Assembly (NCBI RefSeq): GCF_000143415.4
Contig: NW_003314269.1
Location: 148,401 to 212,400 of the forward strand
Origin: Selaginella moellendorffii
Taxonomy: Eukaryota; Plantae; Lycopodiophyta
DNA: 64,000 nucleotides
Direction: 5' to 3'
The translations under genes were made by a program, and so were the position numbers. Shown here in pieces: positions 1-12,410 of the stretch. Within the stretch, counting starts at the first letter, position 1. Each line of letters opens with the position of its first letter. The notes under the pieces were generated by a model. The model had not been told where the DNA came from, searched no databases, and worked only from the letters and a program-made list of their open reading frames with translations.

Positions 1-1596
1 CCTCTGCTTCTATGTTGTTCAGTCTATATGCACACACAAAAGTTTATCATGGAAAACTTTGGAGCAAAGAAAAGAATTGAACTACTTGCAAAAGATAATA
101 ATTGCTCGTGATGGCTGTGAGATGATGTTAACATAGAGATGGAGATCCTTCTTGCCTTGCTCCATTTTTACTTGTGATCCTTTTTTCTAACTCTCGCCTA
201 TAAGAACTACTCTCTTTGGTGAGGCCGCTGTCCCTGGGCATAGGTGGCAACGACACAAGAAAGATAAACACAATCGATAAGAAACAACTGTTTCTTAGGG
301 TGGAGCATATCTCCAACTTTATGCTTAGATTCTATTTTGCTTCAAACATTAATTCCTATCACCCTATATTTAAAAGATGCTTGAATATTCTAGGATATTT
401 AATGGTTGTGATTCATTTAGATTAATCTGTATTATAACTTATAAATATATTTATAATTTATAAGCTTTCCTAAAAACTTCTTAATTATTGTACCATCTTA
501 TGGATGGTATGCAATAAGATTAATCTTGTATTTATAAATTATAAACATGTTTATATTTATAAAATTTGGCCTCACAATTATGCACATTTTAGGCTTAAGA
601 TGAATTCTATAATTGATGCTCTAACACTCTAGTACTAAGAGTAAAGTTAGACCATAAACATTTACAATATAATTATTATAAATTTAAAAAGATGCATACA
701 TGGTTATATAGAAAATTCATTGTAGAGTATAATAAGGTCACTAGTCAATGCAAGTTTGAAACTCTCACCAAATCATTCTAATATATGACCATTATGGCCA
801 CAAATATGTGATGAATACTGATTTGGCTTCATATTGACTTCTCTTCTACTTGAATCACATATTGATCAATTAAATTAATAAATAATATAAACATGAATAA
901 CACTAATATTAATCACACTAAGTGATGCTATGTATAAGTTTTATAAAATTTAGATATTCAGTTACAAAAGCGGTAAACTTAGAAAATGGCTTAGCTTATT
1001 TTAGTATATTTTGTTTCAGCCTTAGTTTCTGTACACATAAATCAAGAATGTTCAGATATATTTTTGACACACTACATTCATAAATGTGATTGTCATTACA
1101 CACTGTTTAGAGGAAAGTGTTGATAGTGTATTGAGAGGATCTTCCACACATGCTATTGTGGATTCACATTTGGCTTCAGCAAGTGACTATTGTGGTTGTG
1201 AATCACATGCTAAGACAACCAAGAGGAGATGTTATTTGAAAAATAACAAAAGGAATTTTGTTATTTTATGTTGCATTTATATGTCCTCTCTAGCTGTGAA
1301 TAACAATTTTAAATTTTAGAATAACTTTTTTAATAAAGCCACACATATGGTAGAACAGAGTGGCTAACATATGTTAAGATCCACACATGCTAGCAAGTTC
1401 TTAATGCAAATACCAAACTAACTAGCAGACTCTCCTTATAAGTGATGTAGCTTCAACATTTCATCTAGCATATCAACTCTATTAGAGTATCTCATAAAAT
1501 CTTGATAAAAACCATTAAACATAAGTTGAATAATGGTTGTTAACAGTATTGTAAGATTCACAAACCAAAATGTTGCAACACTTTATAAATATGGGG

Positions 1597-1601
<5 letters not shown>

Positions 1602-1653
<52 letters not shown>

Positions 1654-1664
1654 GGGGGGGGGGG
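1602..1664. repeat. (AG)n microsatellite followed by a 14-nt G run
   Basis: Directly visible: AG repeat 1602-1649, G run 1651-1664. Confidence 0.95.
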
Positions 1665-1700
1665 AAGATCTTACACATAAATGTTAAAGAGATATTAGAT

Positions 1701-2001
1701 TGTAAGTAACCCAATATAGAGGGAAAAAGCTAAAAAATGAGAGTGCATATTTTTTTTCTAACCAGTTAAGGTTTTGAGGTATTTTGAGTTAAGTATCCTT
1801 GAGTTTGAATAGTATTAAAATAAATGACCTCTTGTCGGATTATAACCAATAAAAGAGAATGGTTTGATATAAAGAAAAAGGGCATATAAACAAGAATACA
1901 CCCACTTTTTCAATCGGTTTTAGTATTCTTAGGTTTGAGTAGTATTAAGTTTGAGTCTTAGGTTTAGTAACTTTTAAGAAAATTCAAATTCAAAGTTTAC
2001 A
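1701..2001 (+). mobile_element. Two decayed, tandem Cassandra-type LTR fragments
   Basis: Starts TGTAAG and ends TTTACA. Aligns by eye to the reverse complement of the LTRs at 19775-19968/20630-20823 (e.g. gttaagtatccttgagtttgaatagtatt vs gttaagcgtccttgggtttgaatagtact). Confidence 0.75.
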
Positions 2002-4838
2002 TGGAGAAGGGTGTTATTCCATTGTCTTAAATTCCAAGGGTTTATGAATCTTATTGTGACAAAGCTTAATAAAAGTATTCAATTTTACATTAATTATTGT
2101 TCATTAAATGATATATGTATCCCCAATATACCCTCTTCTTCATACTGTTAATCTTTTGGATTGTTTTGGGAAAAGCCATTAGTTCATCAAATAAAATTTG
2201 GTACTAGTAAATATTAAGAGTTGAGGAGGATGTTTCTCAGACTACTTTTTGTACACCATTTGATTTATATGAGTTTTTGGTGATGCTATTCGATTTAAAC
2301 AATACTTTAGCAACTTTTCAATGGATGATTGATGAGGTTTTTTTTTATATGCTAGAGGCAATTGTTGACTTTATTGATAATAACTTGATCCATTTAGAAG
2401 GGACATAGAAGAAGCATATCCATGTTAGATTGGCTATGGGAAACTAATTTAAAACTAAAGTATGTGTTTGGGAAATAATTTATCTTAGGTACCACATTTC
2501 TTGTGAGGGTTTACAAATTTATTTTGACAAATTTATGGCTGTTTTGAAGTTTGAAGTGTATGAATTATGTGTAGTACTTCTTTGGTAAGATGTAATATTT
2601 TAGTTATTTTATTGATCATCTTTCTAATTGTACTATATCATTGTAAGTGTTGTTGAAGTTATCAATATCATCTTTCATCTAACTTTAGTACTACAAGTGG
2701 GCATCTAAAAATTTTAAAGAAGTGTTGACGACTCTTTGTTAGCTTTTGAATTTGGACTTCTTAAAAGGTCATCCAATTTAATATAAGAATTTTAAAAAAG
2801 TGTTGACAAATTTTTGTAAACTTCTAAATTTGGACTTTCTAAGAGGTCATTCAACCTAGTATTATTCAAATATAATCTCAAATATCCCAAGACCTTTAAT
2901 CAATTGGAAAAAAGAGTACACTCTTTTTCATGGGCTCTTTCCCTTTATATTTGAATTTTTATGTATTGTCTTTCATGGTTGTTTACATTCTTTTTAATTA
3001 CACTTGATCTTTTATTTTGCGTTCAATATTGGTTTTGGAAGTGTGTTAATGAAAGAAAGCATGAGTGCACATAGTTAACATCATCCTATTATCTAACTAG
3101 CAAAGGTGAATTACTTCACAAAAAAGGAGTGTCTTGCAATAATTTAGAGTCTTAATAAGCTTAATGTATATTTGGATGGTTCTTAGACATTGTTGGAGGG
3201 TGATGATATTATAGTCATTTTATTATTAAAGCAAAAGAACCTAGTTAGATGTATTGCTCAGTGGGTTATAAAGCTTAAGATATATGATTTTGAGGTTGCT
3301 CATGTTCCTTGCGAGCCTATTATTATAACATTAAGAGATTTTTTAGATAAGGATTTTATGTTGTTAAGAGTTGTTGTGTTTGATATTTAGTGTCCAAAAA
3401 GTGTAAAACTAGATTTACCTAAGATTCATAAGGCTTAAAAAGTTGAGTCATAAACTCAAAGGCTTCATGATGAGTTTGAAAATTTTTCATCACTTACTAA
3501 TAATTTTTTATTTCAACATTTACATTCTCAATATTGCCTTAAGGATAATATTCTTTACTTTATAAGATTGATTTTGATAACCATTTACAGTTGGTGATGT
3601 TTTTTATCTTTATTTCACGCTTTCTTTATACTTATCATGACTTCTATTCTAAATGGGATATCATTGTATGAATGAGAAGTTGTATAGATATTTTTATTAA
3701 CAATATATACAATGTGATATTATTTGATATATGCATTGATGCTAAGTTCTTAATACTCCTTTTTGTGCTATAGAATGGTGGAGTCAATTATAATTTTCCA
3801 TTTTGTTTAAGTTAGTAGTATTTGATTTGATTGGGCCTCTTTTATGGTTGATTGTCAATAATGAGTTTATCATTATTGCTTCTGACTATTTAACTCATTA
3901 TATAGAAGTTAATACTCTTATTAGTATATTTATGACTATTGTTAAATATTTCCTCCTTAATTGAGTGGTGTTCTAGCATAGTGGAATTTCTCAAATAATG
4001 GTTATATATTTATAGTTTAGGTATTTCATGTTTTGATATCTTTATTGGGGATACACCACATTTTAATGAGTGTTTATCATCCATAGACAAATGGATTAGG
4101 ATGGTTATTTATTATTTCTCTAGTATATGGATGTTATGAGGATGTAGAGTTCCATAGATGCTTCACCATATAACCTCTTATATACTCATGATTTTATATT
4201 TCCAATGGAGTTAAATTTACCTTTATGATTGCTATGAGTTACCAATGAGATCAATATTTGACACATAATCTTCCACTAGTTTAAATGAAATTTTCTTAAC
4301 ACTTAGGCTATGTACAAGTGGAATAACAATGGCACTATAACTTTTACCATTGTTCATTTATAGAATGCAAAGTGAATAATTTAATGTTGGGTTTGTTTTT
4401 CCAATCTTATAGTGTGTGGTTTGTATAAAAGGCTCCTTGTCCAATAGAAGGGATTGTATCAAGTGTTGTAACAAATTGGATTACAAGTTTATAAGATTTA
4501 GTATATGAAGAAATCACTCTAAAGACATAATATTCAACAAACTAATTCTTAAGAAATTAAGCATATTAGCAGTTGAAGTGTTTCGTACAAATGGATTATA
4601 AATAATTTACACTATTTACAAATCTATTAGTGCCTCCTTCTGATATCAATAAGAGAGCATAACTTCCTTTTTTTATCCTTTGGAGAAGAGATGTTAAATA
4701 TATAGTTATGATACTGTATATTATTATTAACATAATGAGATTTTGATAGTTATTGAATTGATTTCAATTAGAATTACTTCCTCTTATATATCATTTAAGT
4801 TTTTGAATATATATATATTTGTATCTCATATACTCACA
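2002..4838 (+). mobile_element. Highly degenerate Ty3/Gypsy remnant (RT-RNaseH-integrase-3' LTR), same family as the 4840-21225 element
   Basis: Collinear with 17340-21225 (e.g. 2250 tacaccatttgatttatatgagttttt vs 17607 tacaccatttggtttgtatgagttctt). The decayed 3' LTR at ~4692-4838 ends CTCACA like the 5' LTR of the young copy. Confidence 0.85.
2815..2987 (-). mobile_element. Decayed Cassandra solo LTR inside the old Gypsy pol (partial duplicate at ~2737-2790)
   Basis: tgtaaacttctaaatttggactttctaagaggtca...ggttgtttaca is collinear with the LTR at 19775-19968. Confidence 0.8.
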
Positions 4839-4839
4839 G

Positions 4840-5013
4840 TGTGAGGGCCAAGTGTATGGCTATGATGCCATATACTAATATTAGCATAGTGGGATTTTGG
4901 TAGCTGTCGGATTGGTTTCAATCTGGACCACTTGTTTCTATATATAAAGTAGGGTTTTTGGGAATTGATATGCACATTTTCTATATTCCCTTTCCATATT
5001 CCATGCACTCACA
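4840..5013 (+). repeat. 5' LTR of Gypsy element
   Basis: Direct repeat of 21069-21225. Confidence 0.9.
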
Positions 5014-7833
5014 TTGGTGGAGAAGAGGGACACCTTTGATTGTCCCTGAAGATTGTTTGGATTTGGAATTTTAGTTTAGATCTAGCTTTTGCATTGTCTA
5101 GATCTAACTTTTTCCATTTCCTTTCTTTTGTTCTTTCCCTTTAGGATTTTGGTTTATCTCTAGCTTTTTGCATTGTCTAGATCTCCATTTTCTTCTAGCT
5201 TTTGCCATTCCTCTTCTTTCACTTTTTCCTTTTCGTTCATCTTCATGGGAGATTAGCAATCTCCTCCTTTGATTCTGGAGCAGCAGTTGGTATAATTGCT
5301 TGACGCTATGCGTTTGAAATTGAACAATCAAACTCAATTGATGGCGACATTTATGGCATGTGGTACAACTCCTCCTATTCTTGGTGCCAATCCTTGCGTT
5401 CGGCTGGAGTTTTTTCGAGGGAATCTTGGGGATGATATGTACCATTGGTTCAATCACTTCACGGTGATTGCCACATATCATTCTTGGGATGATGCTCAAA
5501 GTTTGTGTGAGTTTCCCATGTATCTCTAAGGGACGGCGTTGCAATGGTACAATGGTTTGAGCATAGCCACTCGTGGGGATTAGAGTGTTCTCCTGGACAT
5601 CTTCAAATGCGCATTCGGACATGCTAATGATTGATGATGCCTTCCAACAATTACATTGTCTTCGCCAAGGGCTATCTGAGTCAGTGATGGAATTTGGTGT
5701 TCGTTTTTGACAAGCGGGGTAGCTTAGTGAAGTGTTCAAGAGCCGGCTCTAGTTCCTTCGGGAGGTCGACTGGCCGATGCTCCCAGTCCAAGTGTGGGTG
5801 GCACTACCTACTTGGATACCTGGTGTGGCTCAACGGAACCTCGCTCTAAGCCCATGGCTAGAGCACCCAAAGGCAGAAGGCGTGGAGAGTACCCACGAGG
5901 CCCGCGTAGGGCCACGGTGTTCCAAAAAGTTGCCCCAAAGTCCCAGACTGTGGAAAGGAAGAGCAACAGCCCTCTAGTGTGGTGACAAGGGATACAGCCA
6001 CATAGTAAGGAAGTCTTAGAGGACAGTTGGACTTAGTGGTCAGGCCTGTGGGCCTTGATCCAGTGGCAGTGTTGGTGAACACGGCCATGGACAGAAAGGG
6101 ACTTGGTGGGGACCAGAAAGGAGATATTGGGGAAGGCTATTTCCCATGTTTGCGGGCATCCTAAGGATGCTTAGGAGTGGATATGGGATGACCACTCATG
6201 GACGGATAGCCCAGTCTTGGAGAGACGGGATTGCAATGTAGGTGGTGTTGGACCACTGATGTGACCAAGGTGATTAGGCATGGCCTAGCGTAACGGGCTG
6301 GTATGTTGGTGGTGCCTTGGGGTGTATGTGGAGCACTTGGACCAAGTGCAAAAGTTGAGTGGCGTGGATGCCATTCGTGGGGTTAGCAAGCCCCAAGTTC
6401 TGAATGGGACTTATGGAGGTTGTGAATGAGACTCCTCCAAGTGGTCGAAGGTGCGGTTAAGTGACTAAAGTAGAATGGAAAAATTAGTCGCTTACATTAA
6501 CGATGTTCTTCACTTGGCACAACGTTATAAGACATCGCCTCTTCCACTTCTCGTTGCCCATCCTTTCGCTCCTCTTCCTGTAGGCGATGGTCCTATTCCA
6601 ATGGAGGTTGATGCTGCTGCTGCTTGAGTCCAAGGACAAGGGTGAGGATGTGGTCGTGGCCATGACGTTTGCTGTTGGGCATGTGATGAAGTTGGGCACA
6701 CTTATCAGCATTGTTGGCGTTTTTCGGATTAGCGACCTCCATTTCCTGGGTGGAGACCTTGGCGTCATTAACTTCCTATTGGTGCTACTGTAGTGGAAGG
6801 TCTAGAAACTATGATGCATATGGGAAACGAGGAGTCACGCGAGTAACAGAGGGACCTTGTGCGAATAAGTTAGTGACCCCTCCATCTTTCTTTTGGGAGT
6901 ATCATGAAGGGGTTCACTTGGCACCGGTTCATCCAGTGTTTACTTTCCAAGCTCATTTTTATAACAAGAGGTCTTCTATTATTTTCTCAGTGTTGGTTGA
7001 TACATATTTGAGTTTATCTTCTATTGCTCGACCTATTGCCATACGTTGCCATTTACATTTGCATTGTGCGGTGGAACTAGTTTTCATTCTTTATGGCAAC
7101 AGCTATACATATGCATGTGCACGGGATGAGGCAGACTTAGTTGTGCATGTGGGTAGTCTCGACCTTGAGTTGCAATCCTTGCGGGTGGTGCCGAGTCAAG
7201 TTTTTGACCTCATCCTTGGTATGGATTGGTTGCAATGCAATCATGCCAAGTGTGACTTTGAGGCTTCTCCCCCTTATCTCATACTTCTTTATATTTCATC
7301 CATTCCTTTTACTTTTGTACTTCTTTGTCCCTTTAAGCTCTATTTTGTTAAAGTGGGAATTGTCATTATCCCACTTGTAAAATAAGGTTTCCAATCCTTT
7401 ATATAGTATATAAATATAACAAAATTCAACTGCATTGAGGCACATGCCATTTTATTTTAAACAAGGAAATGTCTACTCAATCACTTCTCCTCCCCCTGCC
7501 ACTGCTTCACCTCTCTCTTCTCCTTGTCATCGTCGTCCAATTTCTTTCCATCCTTTTAATATTGGCTCAGTTGCTCCGAGTCTAGGTGGAGCCCAAGTCC
7601 CCATTCAATCTTTACTTTCCCCTTATTAATAAAACAACTTCGTAGACTTCCAATAACATGCTGTAACACGCTGTAACACTTCTAGTATAATGCAAATCCT
7701 CTCAAAGAATTGTCTTTTAATATTAATACAATGGCATGGAACCCCATGCCATAATAAGTTACATTTTTACATGGACATAATAAGTTACATGGACAATGTT
7801 AGAAATGGTAAAAGGTTAGGAATGGATGTACTA

Positions 7834-10800
7834 TTATTTACCTGATGGTTTGTCTTGTATGACCTTCCTCCGCTGCTCTTTGGCCACCTCAGGCTGGCCA
7901 TCGTCGTCATCATCGTCGTCGTCGTTATTGTGATCGTCACCATTGTGAGGACCATCCAAGTCCTCTTCGTCCTCCTCTTCTTCGTCCTCCTCTTCTTTGT
8001 CCTCCTCTTCATCCTTCTGCTCTTCCTGCTCATTATCTTTCTCTGGCTCCTCATCCCCCTCTTGCATTTCTTCCATAGGCTGCTCAGGCTGGATGGCTTG
8101 TTCTTCCAGGACCATCTTGGGAAAATCATCTGGCCGAGTCTCCATCTCAAAATACAAGACATCCATAGCCTGTTTTAGTGCGTGACCTAGGACCGTATCC
8201 TCACCCGATTGTCTTAACATGGTTTCTGCACGTTCTTGCACCCTTCGAAGACGATGAGATGAGAAAAACGTGGCCCTGACTTGAAAAGAATCCCTCATCC
8301 ATTGTACCTCTCCATTGAGATTGGGGAAGGGGAGTCCGCCATAGGAATCTGAGTCAGGAGGTGGTGACTGGCTGCTTTCACTCAGCCCTTGATGTGCAAT
8401 GAATGGCATGAGCACACACGCCATAACCGCGAGGCATTACCTATCATCTTTTCGTTGCCCTTCTTCCTTTTCGAATCAAACGCCTCTGATCCCGACGATT
8501 GTCCAACGTGCTTTCGCTTTTTATGACCACTGTCAATTTGAGCTTGATCTGCAAGAAATGGCATGAGGACCCACGCAATAACCATGACGCTTTACTTCCC
8601 GTCCTTGGAGGCTCTGTCGTGCCTTCCGCATCCTCAGGTGCCTGCTCCTCAATTCCCTTTCGCTTTCGTTTCTTATGCACCCGTTCTACAGAAATAGCAT
8701 GAGGACATACGCGATAAGCACACAAATGCTTTTACCCTTCCTCCTCTGCCCTGGTCGGTTGTCCATCTCTTTGTCTACAGCGTCTGAAAGCTGTTTTGCA
8801 GGTAGCCTAATTCGAAGTTCACGACATCTCCTTGGCACTTGAACTGTATATTATTGCATCAACACATGCAACATCCCATAATATTTTTAAGTTACCTTTC
8901 ATAAAGTTTTCCATTGGTTCAACTCGTTCCCCTGAAATACAAACTTAGATAAGTGCATGGGGCCATATGTCATGATCGTACCTATTTCGGAACTCTCCTT
9001 ATCACTCTCCGAAGCCTCCCCCTCCTCCACTGGAGGCACGTTGTTCCGTTCGATTTCCTCGACGCGATCTGCAAGAACATTAGTTAATTGCGTGGGGCCA
9101 CATGCCATCAAACCTTCAGGTTCTTGTCATGAGGTCTGCGCTGCTTGCCCTAGTCTCTTTGGAATTTGAGCTGCAAGAAGCAATGGCATAAGAATTCACG
9201 TATAACAAAAATGATTGGTACCTCTCGTCTGTTGTACTTGGCTGGTGCTTGCCTGTTTTGCCTTTGAAGAAGTGTCTCCTGCAAGGAATGGCATGAGACC
9301 ACACGCCATTGCAAATATAATTTGTACCTCCTTTTTTCCTATTGCTTGTCTGTTTGTCCTTCTTCGACGTGCCACTAGTGCGCTTTTCAGTCCTCGTGTC
9401 TGAATATTCACAACGATCTATAATCAAAATGGCGTGAGGCCTCACGTGACCTTACCTTGTGCAGGTTGTGAGCTCGGCCCAACATGGGTATCTTCAACAG
9501 TAGCTGTTAACGCCGTTTCAGTATCTGGGGGTGGCCACGCTCCTGCATACAGAGCTTGTGAGATAACATTTAAACTTAAAGTGCGTACTCACCAGGTTCG
9601 CAGAGAAGATACTGTTTTTCTTTGGCAACTGTAATTATATGTTCCATTGAAGTCACCTCTTCAATGGAGTTTGTCACCGCAACACACGGGACACCCTTGA
9701 GTAGTGCGGCTCGAAAGAATAGTCCGCCGCAGTTGTACTCGACAACGCATTTGCCCTTGGAGTCGGAAGCAGGTGACCCACCTGCTATTGCGTTGAAGAC
9801 TCAGCTGAGCATTTCCCATGCTGCACCTGGAGCTTTCTCTGGATTCGAAAGCTCCATAGCCGTCTTCAGTTCCTCAGGCACGGGTAAATTGACCTCCCTC
9901 AGATCAATTCGATCGGCCTTGTCGAACGAAGCTGGGAAGTCATTCCAGTCCCACTCTGCTGCAGGACCAATAACAAGGGCGAGTGTGAAGATGTGGACAT
10001 TCGTCAGTATCTTCTTTTTAGCCATTATCCCATGGATCTCCCGCATCTCCTTGCCTTTCAACCGAGCCTTCACCTCGTTCAAGGCCTTTCAGAAGTTGTG
10101 ATAGGATTCGGAGTCGTAGATCATATAGTGGACTGAAGATTCCACCTCCGCAAGTCCCACCATTAAGTCAATGATGGAGCTGACTTCGTCTGCATAAGTG
10201 ATCTCCTCGTTTGTGAAATCCATCACACAAAAGATGTTCTTGACCTGCTCATCTCTGCGGGAAACGATGCTCCTCCACCTTTGATCCTCATCCGAATTCA
10301 CGTATACCCGGTAAGGTTCTCGATAGGCCTCTACTGCGGGGTCGAGCTGTTTCTGAAGCCGGCGGTCGACATCCCTCTTAATGAAATTTGGATACTGATC
10401 CAACTTCTTAGCTTTACTTTTCGTGGCATCCCGCAGCAGATCGATGAACTTGGGGGCCCCCTTCACGTACTCGTCGATGTCTTCATTTGACAACTCCAAC
10501 TCTTCCATCATCTCTTGCATGGTGTCGATGCTCACCCTCTCCACGGCCATTTGCTCGAAGATCCAATCCTTCAATAGCGCACGAGCTCTCAGAGTCGTGC
10601 ACAAGTCCTCGTATGTCACAATATGGCCGGGAGTCATTTTGGTCTTGTTGAAGACTACCTCACCACGTAGAAGAGCATTAGCCACTGTCAGAAGGTCGTC
10701 GTCGTCTAGAAACCGCGAGAAACGCAAGGCGTTGAGCTTCAAATCATTGGGCTTCCGGCCGTCCTCCACACCCATTGAGTTTAGCAACTCCCCGTCATGG

Positions 10801-12410
10801 TACCTCCTCAGCACATCTACCCATTTGTCAAAAACAACTTTTGTCGCGAGTAGAATGTTATGGATGCTGAGTGTGTCATTGACCCCCAGTGTTTTCGAGA
10901 GAAGACTCGAGAATTCCTGCAATGGAAATGGCGTGAGGCCACATGTTATGCCACATGCAACGAGGCTTACCTGCCAAGCGCTAGTTGCTAGTGCACGTCC
11001 TTGTCCTGGTTTTTGTGGCTTCTTCAGTTGAACCCAGAGCTTCCATGTTTGTGCCAATATCTCGTGCAGACCCGATTTGTAGCACGTTTCTTGCTTGACA
11101 TTCTGCGCATGGGAGATGTATATGATAGATTGGAGGGGCGAGTTGCCTTTTATCAGGCAGACAACTCTTGTCTTGAAGACTTTCTTCACCTCCTCGCCCA
11201 CCATAATATCCACAACTATCTCTTGCATCGCCAAGCTAGAATGCTGCCCGGAGACGGCATAGAACCAGATGTTCTGATCGTCCAACACCTTCCTATTGAT
11301 CAAGTCTGGAAACCTCGTCTCGCCCTTCATTGTTCGGTAGTAGGGGATCACGTCTGCGATGTCGGGTGTTACTAGACTTGCCAGCATCTTCTGCTTCAGT
11401 TTCTCCACCCACTCATCAGATACTAGCCTGTGGTTGTATTTGCTTTGGATGTCGATGTGGCTCACGTCGATTGTATATACTTTGTTGGAATAGTAACAAG
11501 TACTATTATCTGCGACGATTTTTGCTGCCTCTTCTTGCTCTTTCTGCTCTTTGCGGCTCTTCTTTTTGGTGGGTGTAGTGTTCGAACCCGAGGCAATGGC
11601 ATCACCGAGTAGCTTCTTTTTTGGAGCAGGAGAGTCGGACGTCGGCTTGAGCTTGACCACCCTTTTCTGCTTCGGGGTAGTTTCCAGATCGACCCCCTTC
11701 CCCTTCGCTTCGCGAACTGGAGTCACTCTCAACGGCTCAATGTTGGAATATAGTTTTTGAACATCGCCGTAGGTGAGGTCCGTGGATTCCATGTGATCTT
11801 CATAGACCCGCAGCGTCTTTGAAATTGTGGGCCTCCTGGACAACCTCTCCCTAGCTCCCTCTAGGAATTCCTTATAGCCGCTGCCCCCTCCGGGAAGCCG
11901 CTAGGATGTGCAAGGTGGATCTTGAAGGCGGACGCTGTCTCTACCACAAGTGCCAGTCCATATTCTTGCATGGAACTGCATGGAGTGTCTGTCACTTGGA
12001 TGAGGATCCCCATGCATTCTTTTCTCCCACCATCTGTGTTGTACAGCCTCAGATCCTCGCCTTCCATCCCAAAAGTCCAACTGGTGAGCTCCTCCCCCTT
12101 CTCTGCATCCACATTGACAGTGGCTGGAAGAAGAACGCAATTCCTCGCCTGTTCAGAAATGCACAACAATTAGAGCTGACAGATGAAAAGCTAGCAGCTG
12201 GAAATAACGTGAGGCCACACGCCATTCACCACTGCATCAGATGTCTTGAGGCTGCATCCTAAGATGGCGTGAGGCTACACGCCATCTGTAACCGGACTGC
12301 ACTCGAGAGCCCAATCGGTGCATGCCAATGTTGCTACTGAATGGCATGTGGCCTCATGCCATTTTCTACTTGGCCTAAAAGACTTACCATTTGAAGCTGA
12401 ATGGAGGCAT
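7834..12410 (-). pseudogene. Transposon cargo gene, multi-exon: ParB/DGQHR-like domain + degenerate N4/N6-MTase-like domain + Lys-rich mini-exons + acidic tail
   Basis: ORF 10089-11843 continues in frame through two TGA codons (10089-91 and 9801-03, probably CGA>TGA) to ~9590. There is a frameshift near 11850. About 10 GT-AG introns of 45-56 nt lie between 8400 and 9600, plus one at 10917-10970. Start codon position is uncertain. Confidence 0.7.

Noticed and set aside
600-1600. hAT transposase remnant (also ~54500-56000)
   Set aside because: Only faint motif-like strings (e.g. QCIANVFSIVL near 55800); too eroded to call by eye.
7855-8178. Hydrophobic membrane-like ORF (also 63082-63567)
   Set aside because: Antisense translation of acidic or Lys-rich low-complexity coding sequence.
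8403-9450. CRISPR-like array (palindromic repeats with unique spacers)
   Set aside because: Eukaryotic context, degenerate repeats, irregular 75-140 nt spacers that read as exons, and no cas genes.
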